A DNA stretch of 63,499 bases, filler included, from Reticulomyxa filosa (GCA_000512085.1; 17 parts of 17 records of this genome joined end to end with filler, not necessarily neighbours in it); one strand, 5' to 3'. Shown: positions 14,149 through 27,556, counted from the whole stretch's first letter. Translations and numbers: made by a program. Notes: a model not told the origin generated them from the sequence alone.

Positions 14149-15063
14149 TTTATTTTTTTTATTATTATTATTATTTTTATTATTTGTTTTCATATCTTTG
14201 AGATCTTGCAGCTGCGCGATAAACTTTTTAAAATGTAATTGCTTCCATGTAGGGAAAAAATATGTCTTGGATATATCCACAGGGTATTCTTCCAACCCAA
14301 AGAGCAACTGAAACGCGGTAATGAACCCCTTGATTTTGGAAATGTTTACCATGACTTTTGTCTTCTTGCCGTGCATAAAGTTTTGCCAGAAATACGTATA
14401 CGTAATCCAACGCCAATCCGCATAGAACTCGACGCTCTCCGTCGACATGTTGTACGCATTCATAGCTGGGAACACGATGCACGGAATATGTCTCGCGGTG
14501 AAGTAGTCGCATACTTGAATGGAATTGTTCAGTCTTTGCTCGTTCCAATATGCACACAAAATCATCACCAATATGTCCTCGGTTATGTTAAACACTTTCG
14601 GCTCGCCATTGCTACCGCTGCTTTGTAATGACTTGGCAAATTCTAAACTGTCCCAATTAAATGGCCTTTTTTGCTTAGTCGAATACTCCTCTTGCAACGT
14701 CAAATGTCCCGAACGATGGGCGCCACTCTTGTACGACTTCTTTGTCACACTTGTCTTATTCGACTTTATCCGCCCATTCGAATTGCTCATCTTTTTCCTT
14801 TCTTTCTCATCATTTGAAGTATTCAGCTTTTTCCAAGTTTTTAACACATCACTGCGATTACTCTCTCTTGTCTCATTCTCAAAACTTTCGCTTATGCTTC
14901 TCAAACTCGTACTTTTCTTCTTTAATTCCATCGTTTTCATTGAAACATCCAAAAAGTTAATCTTTGACCATGTCAGAACATAGGCACATATGCAAAACAA
15001 AAACAGAAATATCGCCACAAAATAACTCGAAAACAATCGAGAAGGCCTCTTTGCTGCACCCAT
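13312..15063 (-). CDS. Type II membrane glycosyltransferase, GT25-like
   Basis: N-terminal signal anchor (YFVAIFLFLFCICAYVLTW) and a stem region. ILVMILCAYWNEQRL..IVFPAMNA resembles the GT25 N-terminal motif, LSLEDDV is the ExD motif, and ETAILFTRDGIVEALKYLPMRGHSD resembles T.AY.vsr.gA.kLL...P...pvD. The true C-terminus may be spliced near 13500. Confidence 0.7.
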
Positions 15064-15919
15064 AAAATCAAGTCAAGATAATGTATTCGAGGCTCAAAAT
15101 TTTTATTCTGTCATTCTTCAACTATTTTCTGACCCCCCTTTTTTAAAATAGAAACACCCACTATATTTATTTTTTATAAGAGAAACTTTCCATCCTTTTT
15201 CTGGGCGATCATTTTTGCACAATTGCTTATTAAAGTAGCGAGTGAAATGCAATTAGCTTTGAAAAAGGTACCGCAATTTGTGTGCTAACTGATGTGCTTG
15301 AAAACGAATTGAACACCCTTTTCACATAAATAAGGTAGACTGGAAGAAATTACCAAGTACTGCTGTTATTCCAGAGGAAAAAAGAAGACCTTAGCAGAAA
15401 AATTTTTGTAGAAGTATTCCACTCAAAAAAAAAGGATGCAGTACAATTTCACAGCAATGCAACAAAAAAAAATAGAGTAAAATAAAATAAAACAAAATAA
15501 AGGGGTTTACATAAAACTAAAAAGTTAAAAAAGTAGGGGAAAAAAAAATAAAAATGAGCGACTGCTCTGTGACACAAAGAAAATACCTACACCAACGAGA
15601 CCCGAAAAAAGTTTCACAAATCAAAAAAAATTATGAAATAAACAAAAGCAAACAACAAAAAAATACAAAAATACAAAAAAAATAATACACGAGTGATCCA
15701 AGTTGAAGATACCAAACTTGAAGCATATCCGTCAAAGTGGATTCACATGGTGTATTTAAACCAATGAACAACTCATTAAAAAAAACGTATAAGATGATTG
15801 GTTAAAAAAGGGAAAATAAACCAAAAGGAAAGAACGAAACAAATTTTCTTTGTGTTACAAAGACAAAAATAAGAATTAATGTTCTCCATCACTTACATTT
15901 TTTATAATTTTTTTTTTTT

Positions 15920-16019
15920 NNNNNNNNNNNNNNNNNNNNNNNNNNNNNNNNNNNNNNNNNNNNTTAATTAATTAANNNNNNNNNNNNNNNNNNNNNNNNN
16001 NNNNNNNNNNNNNNNNNNN
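15920..16019. other. Artificial contig spacer N44-TTAATTAATTAA-N44 (first of 16)
   Basis: Identical 100-nt spacers start at 15920, 19722, 21901, 23888, 25525, 27457, 30406, 33485, 35943, 43255, 44704, 46088, 48201, 51597, 57259 and 61944. The core places stop codons in all six frames. Confidence 0.99.
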
Positions 16020-18670
16020 TCCAACTATCCAGCCCCAATTTCAATAAGTTTTTCATTGGAAAGTTCCACATTGCCAAGATAGTGCACAACTCCTGGTTTG
16101 TTTCCCAAGACTCGAAATCGATCTCGATTGCCGATAGCCACGTCAACCAAATTCACCAACATGCTTTTTGCGAATCCATATTCGGCTTTGTTGTCTTTGT
16201 CTCCGTCTCCGTCTTCGTCTTCGCACTCATCGCCATTCATTTCTGCATCTTCATCGCTTTATCGTTCTTTGTCTTCACTTGATTTTTTTGATATCGTCCA
16301 AACATATTTCATCATTGCTTCCGTTCACTGGCCGAATGTCTTGCAAAGTTGGATGAGGGGATGTTTCCAAATGGTGCAACTCTTGTTTGAATCAGTCTCG
16401 CTCTGATCTTTATGCAATGACTCTTTGTTGCCAAGCGTTTTTCATACTTTCTTATCACTCTTCGATTGTCCCAATGCGGTCGTGCACAATGGATATTTTC
16501 TAAATACCAAATGTATTCGCTATCGTCACATTTATAATTAGATACACACTTTGACCTTGGATGACTGTCGCTATTGGAAATTCTTGCATCCATAATCATA
16601 CGTCCATTTAACAATTTTTGAGTTGACGATTCAATGAGTTAAGGTATCATTTGTATTTCCTTTTTTTTTTTGACGTATTCGCTATTGTTCTTCTTGTTTT
16701 CTTGAGTGCCATTCAACACGTTGCCAGTAATCAATAGTCGATCTCGGAGATAGTTTAGCAAAGATTACAGGCGCTCTTTTGACGAATGCAAGGCACATAG
16801 TTCTTGCAGTAATGGAGCCAGAAAATGCAATAATCTCTATATTCACCAATTATCAATGTTCAATGTTGCCTGCGAGTTTACGATTCCTCCAATCATCACG
16901 AGCATTGTTCAAAATCCAAATTTGCGCATATGCGCACGCACACGACCGGTTTTGATACGATTGCCCAATATATGTGTTTACATTATTGTGATCCGTTTAT
17001 AAAATTATCGCCATTTCCATACCGATTGAGCTTCCCTTGCTCATTGGAGCATGTAGATTGCAGTTCGACACAATCTTTGTGGACAATTGTTGGCATGGCA
17101 AAGCACCAGAAACTTGTGTCCACCTACGTTGATGACAAACAAGTTCTTTGCAATACTTCGCTGCTAGACATTAACATATTCCGTTCAACATTTTCCATTG
17201 GGACACACTTGTGAAGTTAGTATACGTCCGAGAGTGACGACTTTGCGTGTTTCTAAACGCAAAAAGCGACTCCATAACCAAAATCAATAAAACCGGCCGA
17301 CTAGTTGTTGTTGTTTTTTCCTTTTGAACAAATCATCTTCAACAGCCCCTTTCTTTTCTTGCTTGCTGGTGTCCTGTGCGTTTCGAACCAAATTGAGGCA
17401 CTCTTGCGCTATAATGTCCACATCGTTTTTTTACTTTGCACGATATAGTGTCTTCTTGGCGAGCTTGATTTCATATTTGGCGGCACCAATGTCTAGATAT
17501 TGTCTGCTATTGGTCTGAGAGAATCTTGCCAACTGTTCCAACTACAAGTTCATCTTCTCTTGTCGTCGTTGTGATGAGAAACATACTTTGGCCTAATCGA
17601 ATGGACGTGAGTATTTGCAATTGTTGACTGTACAGTTTCCATATTCCATTTTACTATTAGACGTATTCATTACCTTTTTTTTCTTGCTTTTGATTGCCGC
17701 CTAACACGTCGTTCGTAGTTTCCGGATACAGTTGGGCAAAGATAATATGCTCTTGCAGCGATGGACTAGGAAAATGCAACAAGCTATGTTTATCTTTCTT
17801 CACCGATAAACGTGCTCAATGTTTCTCGAGTTTAAAATTTCTTCCATTAATATATGCACGATTTAAAATTCAAAGTTGTGAGTATGTGTAGACATACGAT
17901 CAGTTTCGACACTGGTGCTCAATCTTTGCATTCCGACTATTGTCTTGAGTTTATAAAATTGCCATTTCCATAGCGATCGAGCTTCTCTTGCTTGTTGGCG
18001 CCTGTAGATCACAGTTGTACACACAACCTTTGCTGATAATTCTTGGCAAAAGCACAATAGACTTTTGTTTGCAGTCAATATATGCAGACACGTTTTTTCA
18101 AATAGTTCGAGTAGTACTTGCCATATCCGTTCAACACTTTCGCGAGTTGCGACTTTGCGCGTTTCCAGGCCTAATTGTTTTATTTTATTTTTTAAACAAA
18201 TTTAACGCGATATAATTTCGGAACGCTCTTTCTTTTTATCCTCATCCTGTGCCTCTCTTGCTTGCTTGTGTCTCATGAGTTTCGCATTCTAAATTGAACC
18301 ACTCATACGTGCGATAGTTCTCCCGATGATTGGTTTGCTCTATGTCCATGTATAAATTTTTTTTTTTTTGATGATGCCCTTGTTTTTTTCTTGCTCGCCT
18401 TCCACTTCTTCGTCACTCCAGTCGCTGCCGCCGCTACACAATTTTCTTTTTTTTCTTTCTAGCGAGATTCTATAGTTGGAGGTACCAAGGTCTACATATT
18501 GTTTGAGATAATCTTGCCACAATGTCCCAACTCCATATCGTGATGTTTCCAATAAGTCCATCTGCTTTCTTTGACCTTGTGATGAAGACACACGTTGTCC
18601 TTATCGATAGCGAGATGTGTAATGTCTGTCCACGCCTACGATTGGCGAATTTGCGTGGCATCAAATTCAA
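16020..18670 (-). pseudogene. Decayed coding-like region with a diverged ~1 kb tandem duplication; family not identified
   Basis: GC is higher than in the flanks and the minus-strand ORFs are short and broken. About 16780-17620 resembles about 17740-18610 (GKLNRYGNGDNFING vs EKLDRYGNGNFINS; gactttgcgtgtttc vs gactttgcgcgtttc). Confidence 0.45.
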
Positions 18671-21600
18671 CTAAGCACAACACTTTTTTTTTCCTTTCAA
18701 ACAAACCCAACTCGATACTTGTTTTTTCTCTTTTCTTTTTTTTCTTTTTTTTTATATTTTTTCGCTTTTGCTTTTTTTTTATTATCTTTTTTTACTTTTT
18801 TCTAATTGCCATCTTTTTTAATTTTATTTTTCTTTTCAACAACTTTTTTTTATTTTCAACATTTTTTCATTCATTTTTTTATTTTCTTAAAAAAAATTTT
18901 TCAAACTAATTTTCCCTTCCATTTTTTCCATATTTATTTTCCCTTTTTTCCAATTTTTCACATTTATTTTCTAAAAAAAAAACACATTTGCAAAGGAGCT
19001 AAAAGCTCTAATTCTATCTATTTTTTCTTTTGTACAGGGAGGGGGTAAATAAAATTTTTTGTCGATGGGGGCGTGCCTATTGACAAACACAAACATTTGA
19101 TAAAAAAAATAAAAAAATAAAAAAAATAAAAGATACAAACCCTTTCATTTTTTTTTCACCACGGGGTGGCTTCAACTCCGAAATTGCTCTTTGTGTGTAG
19201 TTGGGAGTGGGACTTATACAGTTTTTTTTGAGCAGACGGGTTACGGCTATTAATGGAAAAACAACGTCAACTATGCCAAAAAAAAAATAAACGTATAAAT
19301 ATATATCCAACCATTTGTACTCCTTGCGGAGACGGGGGGCCTTACCCCATATTCATTTTTTTTTCTCTGGTGAAGGATGAACAACATCCAAACAAAAAGA
19401 CATCTTTTTTTTTTCAGAGCTTGCAGTCTGTTCAAAAAATAAAACAAAATCACTTTTCTAAGTTGAAAAAGAAGTTAAAAAAGAAAAAAGACATACCATT
19501 GTGTTGCTAAGAAGAAGATTAGCACCCTATTACGAATTTGTACTGGATAGAAGATACAACCAAAGAAAAAAAAAAAAGACCTTTTTTTCTTAAGTAAAAC
19601 ATAAATGCACAACCCATAAATATTTATAAAAAAGATGTAAATTTGCATTTTTTGGGAATATTTTCACATTTTTGATAAAAAAAATAATTGTTCAAATTTT
19701 TTTATATTATTTCATTTTTTANNNNNNNNNNNNNNNNNNNNNNNNNNNNNNNNNNNNNNNNNNNNTTAATTAATTAANNNNNNNNNNNNNNNNNNNNNNN
19801 NNNNNNNNNNNNNNNNNNNNNTATGCGTTATCGCCCAAATCCTCATATGCGCCAACAGCGCTTCTGTCGCCTTAAAGGCATGTACTAAGACATTTGGCCA
19901 TGCATTGACTCATTATTTGAAATTTGCACCACCGATATAATTGTTATGTTATTGTAGATCTTTGCACATTGCACACATTTCCACTTTTTCGGTTTCACCA
20001 CGTTGTTGAAATATTGATTGATCAACATGTCACACGATGTCATTAATATGACAATGTTGTGATTTTTCAAATATATTTGTCCGTTTGTTAAGTCTCCGCT
20101 TGAATTTCTTGTATTCACGTTTGACACAACCACGACCGCATTTAATACATGCAGTGCCATTAATACAATTACATACACCAACGATGAGCTCATGTTGCTG
20201 TTGGAGTCTAAGATTTTCCACTCAATCTTTTCTCATCCGTTTGCCCCCTCTCTTACCAGGTATAGTGAAACTGAAGGACACCAAATCGGTAATAGGCCAC
20301 TTTAAGATAGAAAAAAAAATAAAGTTTGTGGCAACGAATATATTTATAATTTAAATGGATCTCAAATGATTTATGGAAATTACTAATTTGCTGTGAAATG
20401 CAATTTGTTGTACTTAACAATAGCTCATTGCAGAAAAAGAATTGAGCTTTTTCTTATTTTAAAATTCTTTCCACTTAAAAAAAATCATAAAAAAAAAACA
20501 AAAAAAAGTCAAATAAAAAGTCAAATAAAAAAAGGCTTACTGACCATCGCTCATTATTTTCAGCGCACAAAATTTTCGTCATCGGGTCAGCATTGTTGCA
20601 TTCAGTCCAACATCCTAACATTGTTGAGTTTTGTGTGTTTGTGTATTGTATTCGTTGCAATCGTTTTACACAATCTCAAAAAAATTGATTGACTGCCTTT
20701 TTATAGAAAAGCAACAAAATGTGAAACTTCTCCAAAAAAGATACCTGTACAACTCCAATCCCTTGTAAATATGCTTACTGCCTTCTGTGCGTTTTAATAG
20801 AATTGTCATTTGAAGTCGTTATCTCGTGAAGGCGGATAGATCCAATCGAGGAGTAAGTGTGGTATTGCAGCTGGGTCACGATGAATGGATCGAACATGTT
20901 GAAACGTAGGTTCATAGCAAATAAGGAGGCTGTTTGCCAAACGAGTTGGTCCACTCGCACACTCATATCTCAATCCGCCCTGTACGTTGAAAAAAAAAAA
21001 ATTGTGCATACCTCGAGTTGCTGTGAAGTGACGATATTGCGTATCATTGAAATGGAATTGCTTCAAGGATAGTATTGATATAAACTCTTTAATAACGAAA
21101 TATGTGTTATGCATACCATGTGGCCACTGACATTCATTTCAGTGATAATGCTAAATTGTTCCATTCGCTCAGAGTCTTTTAGATCGATGTCTGCGCTTGC
21201 TCATTAACAATCTCAACGCTTTGGAAAGAAAGATGTGTTTGGTGTTTTCGTTGTCACGTGAGTATCCGTTTTTTTGATCAAATGTATTTCAAAGAAGAGG
21301 CTTTCAAACTAAAGTCAATCTTACTGCGTGTCAAAATGGCAGTATATCATATCTTTTTTTTTCAAAGATACAGGAAACTGTTGTATAATAACAGCCCTTT
21401 TTCACAAAAAAAAGGATAACAAAATATGACTCTAGTTTTTCAAGTAACAAACAGGTCTCAAATTGAATAAAAGAAATAATTTTTGCATCAACTAAAGGAA
21501 GGATCCTAACAAATAAAACTGCCTTGATACAATTCAGCTTTTTTTTTCAAAGGAGTGACAAATCGGAGTATTTTATTCATAATTAAAAAAAAACTGCGAT

Positions 21601-22000
21601 CCTTGTCAATATTTTCATCTAACAACTTATTGTTGAAATTGTACAAAAAATCCGGTTGACAAAAAAAACTCTACAAGCTTAAACAAAAACTCTAAAAAAC
21701 TTTAAACAAGCCCCTTCAGCAAAAGTTTTCAAGGTTTCAAAAGAAAAAGTCACCATGGACGGCCAACTAGGAGCAAAAGAGGATCTTCTTGCACAAGCTT
21801 CAAGTAGTAACGAAGAAAAAAATGACAACGGCAAAATACAAAATGAAAACGAACAGTTAAATTCAATCAAACAAAAATTAATACGACATTACCAATCACA
21901 NNNNNNNNNNNNNNNNNNNNNNNNNNNNNNNNNNNNNNNNNNNNTTAATTAATTAANNNNNNNNNNNNNNNNNNNNNNNNNNNNNNNNNNNNNNNNNNNN

Positions 22001-22311
22001 AACAAATTCAAGTGTTTAATGGACATACAAGTACTGTATTTTCTGTTGAATATTCACCATTTATAATAAAGAATAGTATTGATAATTTAAATGTGATATG
22101 TTCTGGATCATTGGATAATACAATTTGTTTTTGGGATATTCGATCAAATAAGAATGAATTGTATATGATCAAAGGAGACAAGAAAGAAGATGATGGAATA
22201 TTTTGTCTTAAATTTATTGGGTTGAAAAAGAAAGATAAGACAAAGAATATCACAAATGATTGGAATTTGTGTTATGGTTCAAGCAAAGGTCCCATTCGTA
22301 CTTGGGGATAA
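22001..22311 (+). CDS. WD40-repeat protein, 3' fragment
   Basis: FNGHTSTVFSVEYSPF...ICSGSLDNTICFWDI is a canonical WD40 repeat. The ORF ends in LCYGSSKGPIRTWG* and is truncated at the contig start. Confidence 0.9.
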
Positions 22312-22379
22312 TTTACTTTTTGTTGAATAAGAAATAGAAGTTTTTTTTTGAAAAGTTTGATTAAAAAAAAAGTAAATTG

Positions 22380-22520
22380 ATATTATGTCATCTTGTTCTT
22401 TGGTGGATCATGATGTTCCAAAATCAGTGCAAAAATATTCAATTCGAGAAAATAAATGGATGACATTTCAAAACACTTTACCCAGTACATTGAGATATTG
22501 TGTTGCAATATTAAGTGTTT
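22380..22520 (+). pseudogene. Short kelch-family gene fragment
   Basis: Nucleotide match to 48588-48730 (ILFFGG...SKSVxKYSIRENKWMTFQNTLPS.L..CVAILS) with an internal deletion and no flanking coding sequence. Confidence 0.8.
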
Positions 22521-23669
22521 TTAAATTAAATTGAACTTCAATATTTACATTTGTGATACTTGTAATAAATATTTTTTTGTCAATGCCAAATTTTTCTTTT
22601 CTTTTATCACTTTGAAGTGACAATGTCAGATTTTTTTCTAAAAAAAAATTATTGCAAAAACATTTTTCAGAGTCGGCAAGAGCTTTTTTTATGCTATTTA
22701 AATTCCTGTTCGCATGGGATACCCAAATTCCATCAAACAAACAAAACCATTAGATAGAAGTAGAATGCTATTTTGCAATTTATTATGATAAGCCTTTCTA
22801 AATCTAAGCGCTGTTGCTTTTAATAAGATTATTCTAAAGTAAATAAATTGATTTAAAGCAGTCATTATATAAACCAAGAAACGGCTGTTGTGTATTCTCA
22901 ACTTTTGAAAGTAAGTCGAAGTAATAAGATGTTGACCTTGTTCAGTTTGGCTTCTCTTTCAGGAGATTTTTGGTTATTCATGTTATCAAATGTTGCTGAA
23001 TTTTTAAAAAAAGGGGAATGTGACTTGACCCTTTTAAAAAAAACAAGATAGTATTTTACACAGCAATAAATCATTTAAATAAAAACGATTCAAAAGTCAA
23101 ATTGATATTTTTTTTATTTTTTGTAAGGAAAACAATGGCATGGATAATTGGAGTAAACTTTTCTTTCTTTGTGAGACATTCTTTTGTTTGGTGAATGAAA
23201 TAACAACTGCACATAATTGCCATTTCAATGAAAGAGGAAAAGGTATCAAATGATTGTTCGATATGTTATGACATTTTTTATTTGCAAAAAGATATTTTCA
23301 ATAACAAATCCGCACTTTTTCATAAAAATTGTATTGATCAAAGGATGTTCGTTCTAAATGTTTACACTTTAATAATACGTTATTTTATTTCTTATTTTGT
23401 ATTATTTTCTTAAATAAAGCGGTGAGAGTACATACTCAATCAAATTTAAGGACTAGCTTTTTTTATGCAAAAGGAAATAATCTGTATTTCTTACAAAAGA
23501 TCAACTATTATTTTTTCTTCCCATTTACAAGTCCTAAACAGCATTAGCACGAAATTTATGTAATTTGAACGTTGACGAACACTAATAAAGATTGGATTTT
23601 TGTTGTCATTTTAATTGGCTTTTTCAAAAATAAAAGGGAAACTGAACAAAGTCGACAGATTACTACTCA

Positions 23670-23887
23670 CTTTCAAACTTTGAAGGAGTTGCCCACTCCA
23701 CTTTGGAAATCTCAATGTGTGCTACACAAACACGAACTCCTCATTTGAGGAGATGCAGATAAAAGAGCTTGTTATTCTTATCATACAATCAAAAACGAAT
23801 ACAAGTTTATCTGTGAGTATCCAATTCGTGTTGACTTAATTGGACACTGTGTAGTGAAACTGGTAGATAGCAACAGTAACAACGACA
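23670..23887 (+). pseudogene. Kelch-family N-terminal pseudogene fragment
   Basis: FQTLKELPTPLWKSQCVLHKHELLI*GDADKRACYSYHTIKNEYKFICEYP..LIGHCVVKLVD has an in-frame TGA where paralogues have Cys (ICGG). Confidence 0.85.
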
Positions 23888-23987
23888 NNNNNNNNNNNNN
23901 NNNNNNNNNNNNNNNNNNNNNNNNNNNNNNNTTAATTAATTAANNNNNNNNNNNNNNNNNNNNNNNNNNNNNNNNNNNNNNNNNNNN

Positions 23988-24704
23988 CTGCAATTGTGCG
24001 ATTGGTTCAAGGGACAACTTCTGACTCAACTGTGCCTGGTATGTTTTTTTGAAAAATACGTATATACATAATTTACAATTTTTTTTATATTTTTTTTTTT
24101 TGAATGTAGGTATTATAATAAGTGTAGCTGCTTTAACGGGAAGTATTTTCTTGTTTTATTTTAAAACAAGAGCAGCAGTGATACTAAATTCCAGTGCTTT
24201 AACTAGTAAAGCAAATTGCACATTGAGCTGCATAAAATTGAGTACAATATTGTTAATCGGTTCATTAATGTATGCGATTGATAATCGTTTGTGGTGGGTA
24301 GATGGCACCAGCATCTGTATTGGCTTACGAGTTGGATATGAAGGTATTTTGACAATACGAAAATGCTTTAAAAAAGAATTTACTGGTGGTTGTGGCTGCT
24401 GTAGCGGCAGTGACTCGTATTTGGCAAAGTATTGGAGAAAAAGAATTGAACAGGAGTACAATATGGACGCTCCTAAAATACGTACCACTCCGGCAAAAGT
24501 ATGTGCGAAAGGTTGTTGCGAAAATGTTGTCGATACGTCCAACGAAAAAGAAAAGTTGTGCAAACAAAGTGTCGTTGTTGTTCAATAAGACAGTCCAACA
24601 GCTCCATTGCTTAAAGCTGCTGCATGTGAAGGCAACAAAAAGAAATGCCAAAAACCATGCTGCAAAAAAAGTGAAGCTGAAAGAGTTCAGTTTTTGACTA
24701 ACTA
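23988..24704 (+). CDS. Cation-efflux (CDF)/TMEM163-like metal transporter, 3' part, with Cys-rich tail and an in-frame stop
   Basis: SDSTVP|GIIISVAAL..LFYFKTRAAVILNSSALTSKANCTLSC..LWWVDG matches the CDF TM4-6 pattern (intron about 24039-24109). After TAA at 24586-24588 the same frame continues DSPTAPLLKAAACEGNKKKCQKPCCKK... Confidence 0.7.
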
Positions 24705-25624
24705 AAAAATGCAATTTTTATTTTTTGAGCAATTGTAAAAAAAAAGTAAACGTTAACTTTTTTTTTTATAAACCGCTTATACAACTTTAATGTTCAAATG
24801 GCTAATCTTAGCAAAAAAATTTGTCAGAAACAAGCTAGATCCTCTTATTAAAAATTGCTAATAAGCTATTTTTTAACAACAAAAATAAAAATTTAATATA
24901 ACGCTCAGGGCTACATTCGTTTAAAACATAGGAAAAAAGAAAGAAAAAACAGAACATGACAACGTAAATAAATAAGACAAAACTTGAATAATATTACATG
25001 TTATCAACATTAAAAAAACTGATAACCATAGACTAATCAGTGATGTGGGGGGAGTGTATTGAGTTCTAAATAAAGTCCTTTTTAAATTTGAAATGCAACA
25101 AAAATACAAGTAAGTGAAAAACTTAATCTTTTTCCAGAAAAGACAGTGCACAGCTGTTTAAAGAGCTTGTGACCGTGTTTTTCTAAGGTAAATAATACAA
25201 CACCAACAAAGCTTCATTATTGCTGTCAATAAAAATGTTTGTTCGTAAGCTTCTTTTGTCCGTGCAATTCGATCAAAAATTTCAGGTCAAAATACTCTTA
25301 TGTGCCGAATAAATAGCACGGACAAAGAGGAACAGACAAAAATAAAGATCAATTTGTTGAGACTCTTTGAGATACTATCCAAAATAATCGAGTAACTTGC
25401 TTCTGTCAGAGGCCTTTTTAACGTCAAGCCAATGCAACAAAAATGCATAATTTTGATGTACTCGTATTGTCATGGTCAACTTTTCAAAAACTGTGCAAAT
25501 ATTCACCATTAAGCATATTCCATANNNNNNNNNNNNNNNNNNNNNNNNNNNNNNNNNNNNNNNNNNNNTTAATTAATTAANNNNNNNNNNNNNNNNNNNN
25601 NNNNNNNNNNNNNNNNNNNNNNNN

Positions 25625-26239
25625 TGCTGTAAAGTAACAATTTCGTAGCGAATTGTTATATGGCAACATATCGTGTTTCACGTATTGACATGTGCTCAAA
25701 TTAAATACATCAATGTTCTTTGGCAAATACATTACAAATAACAAATTATTGTTGCTTCCACCAATTACAGCTCGCACCTCAGAATATATATCTTCATCTC
25801 TGCCAATTGAAACCGCTCGGTTGCTATTTTTGTCAATGAAAGGAAACCATTGATTGCAATCCTTTGCTATTCCATTACTTTCCTTTCCCCAAACACTCAC
25901 ATATTTCATCACCAATGTATGCTTGTATCGCCCACCAAATGACAACAGTGTGGTTCCATTTGCACTTTTCTTATCATTTGCAAGCTTCACTACACAGTGC
26001 CCAAGTAATGTAACCTCTTCTGGATAAGAACAAATAAGCTTGTACTGATTTTTAATCATATGATAGGAATAGCAGTCACTTTTATTTACACCTCCGCAAA
26101 TGATAATTTCATTGCTACTAACTATACATTGACTACAAGAAAGCGAAGTAGGCAAAGGGGCCAAAGCTTCAAAGAAGGTGTGCTATCTATATTCACCGGT
26201 GCTTCTGTTTGTTTTTCAACAGTGCTTCGATTACCCATT
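25625..26239 (-). CDS. Kelch-like beta-propeller protein, 5' part, with a frameshift near the start
   Basis: MGNRSTVEKQ... start, then a frameshift near 26175, then FEALAPLPTSLSCSQCIV..IIICGG..CYSYH..GHCVVKL..LLSFGG..RAVIGGSNNNLLF. Truncated by a spacer. Confidence 0.8.
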
Positions 26240-26701
26240 TTTTTTATCGCCTTCAAAAAACAACTATGATTGACTTAGAAATTTTTTTAAGAGAGTCAAA
26301 AAAAAAAAAAAAAAAACAACACTATCTCAATTTTTAATTAGTTTAGGTAGCCTCTTAACCTCTTACTTTTATTTAAATGCAGCTACAGCCTTTCACTACA
26401 TGTCATGCATTTGCAACGGAATTATAGTGACATAATTTTTGGTAACAAGAAAAAGGTGGAAGTAAATTTGTCCATATAACGTATAATTCGAAGCTGTTCT
26501 CCCTAAGTAAAAGTTCAGTAAAATCAAAATAAAAGATCTAAAATAACAAAACTAACAAACACTGGTATAGAACTTTGTGAAGATCAAATTTTCAAATTTC
26601 TTCTGTTAAAGATTACAGTGAAAAAAAAAAAAATTGAACTTTCCCTGTTCTTACAGAATTGAGTTTGCATTGGTAGGTTTTGGAAGACAAATAGTGAGAG
26701 T

Positions 26702-27335
26702 ATGTCATGCGCAAGGTTCTTGGACAAACTTACGCCGAAAATTTTAAATTTGCGGTTGAATCAAGATAAATTCCAAACGTTTGTTTGCTACGTACTTCTT
26801 GTGGTTGTCATTGTTCCAACAATAATGTTTCTCATCATCGTGTCTACCAGTGACATGACACCAGGATGTCAAGGAGCTCGTTTCACTGTACTGTCACAGT
26901 ACAGTACATGGGAATGGATGAACGAGACATTTAATGACGTTAAAAAAAAAACAAGAACAATGAATAGTATTCATTCTCCCTTCTCTTTCTGCAAAGTTTA
27001 AAAAAAAAATTATAGTTTAGACTTGCTCAAGCTCAGCGTCGAAGTAAGGGAGAGATATCAGGACGAATATGTTACAATTTAATATTAAGCTCAAACCCCT
27101 TTGTCGCGGACAGCAATCCAGTGTTATATCAACCCGATTATAGTTATTGGATGGAAGCGGCACAGGCTGAACTGGGCACCGGTTCGTGGATTAGTAGTCA
27201 GCAATCGTGTCAAAAATTGACATCGATTCCTTTTGGTGTTATCACATGGGATTTCATTGCAAAAAACTACACAAACTATATCATTTCGTATTCAGAACTG
27301 GAATTTTTGATGAATAAAACCATTGTCTATAATAA
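26702..27335 (+). CDS. Membrane-anchored protein resembling bacterial extracellular solute-binding proteins, 5' part
   Basis: TM segment (VCYVLLVVVIVPTIMFLIIV) and an in-frame intron 26939-27015. WEWMNETFNDF, VLYQPDYSYWM and LTSIPFGVITW recall SBP motifs. The contig ends within the next intron. Confidence 0.5.
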
Positions 27336-27556
27336 GTATAGGAGATCTTACCAAAAGATTTTTTTTTTTTTGTTAGTTTTTTTCCTTTTTTTTTTTTTTT
27401 TTTACGTTATATAATATTCATACACACTATTTATACCATGTACATATACATATATANNNNNNNNNNNNNNNNNNNNNNNNNNNNNNNNNNNNNNNNNNNN
27501 TTAATTAATTAANNNNNNNNNNNNNNNNNNNNNNNNNNNNNNNNNNNNNNNNNNNN

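Noticed and set aside
18595-19510. Phe-rich 'membrane protein' ORFs
   Set aside because: They arise from T-rich low-complexity non-coding sequence.
19822-21900. Possible genes in this contig, and likewise in 32500-33484 and 50150-50470
   Set aside because: The composition is coding-like, but the frames are fragmented and I recognise no motif. They are probably pseudogene debris and cannot be supported as features.
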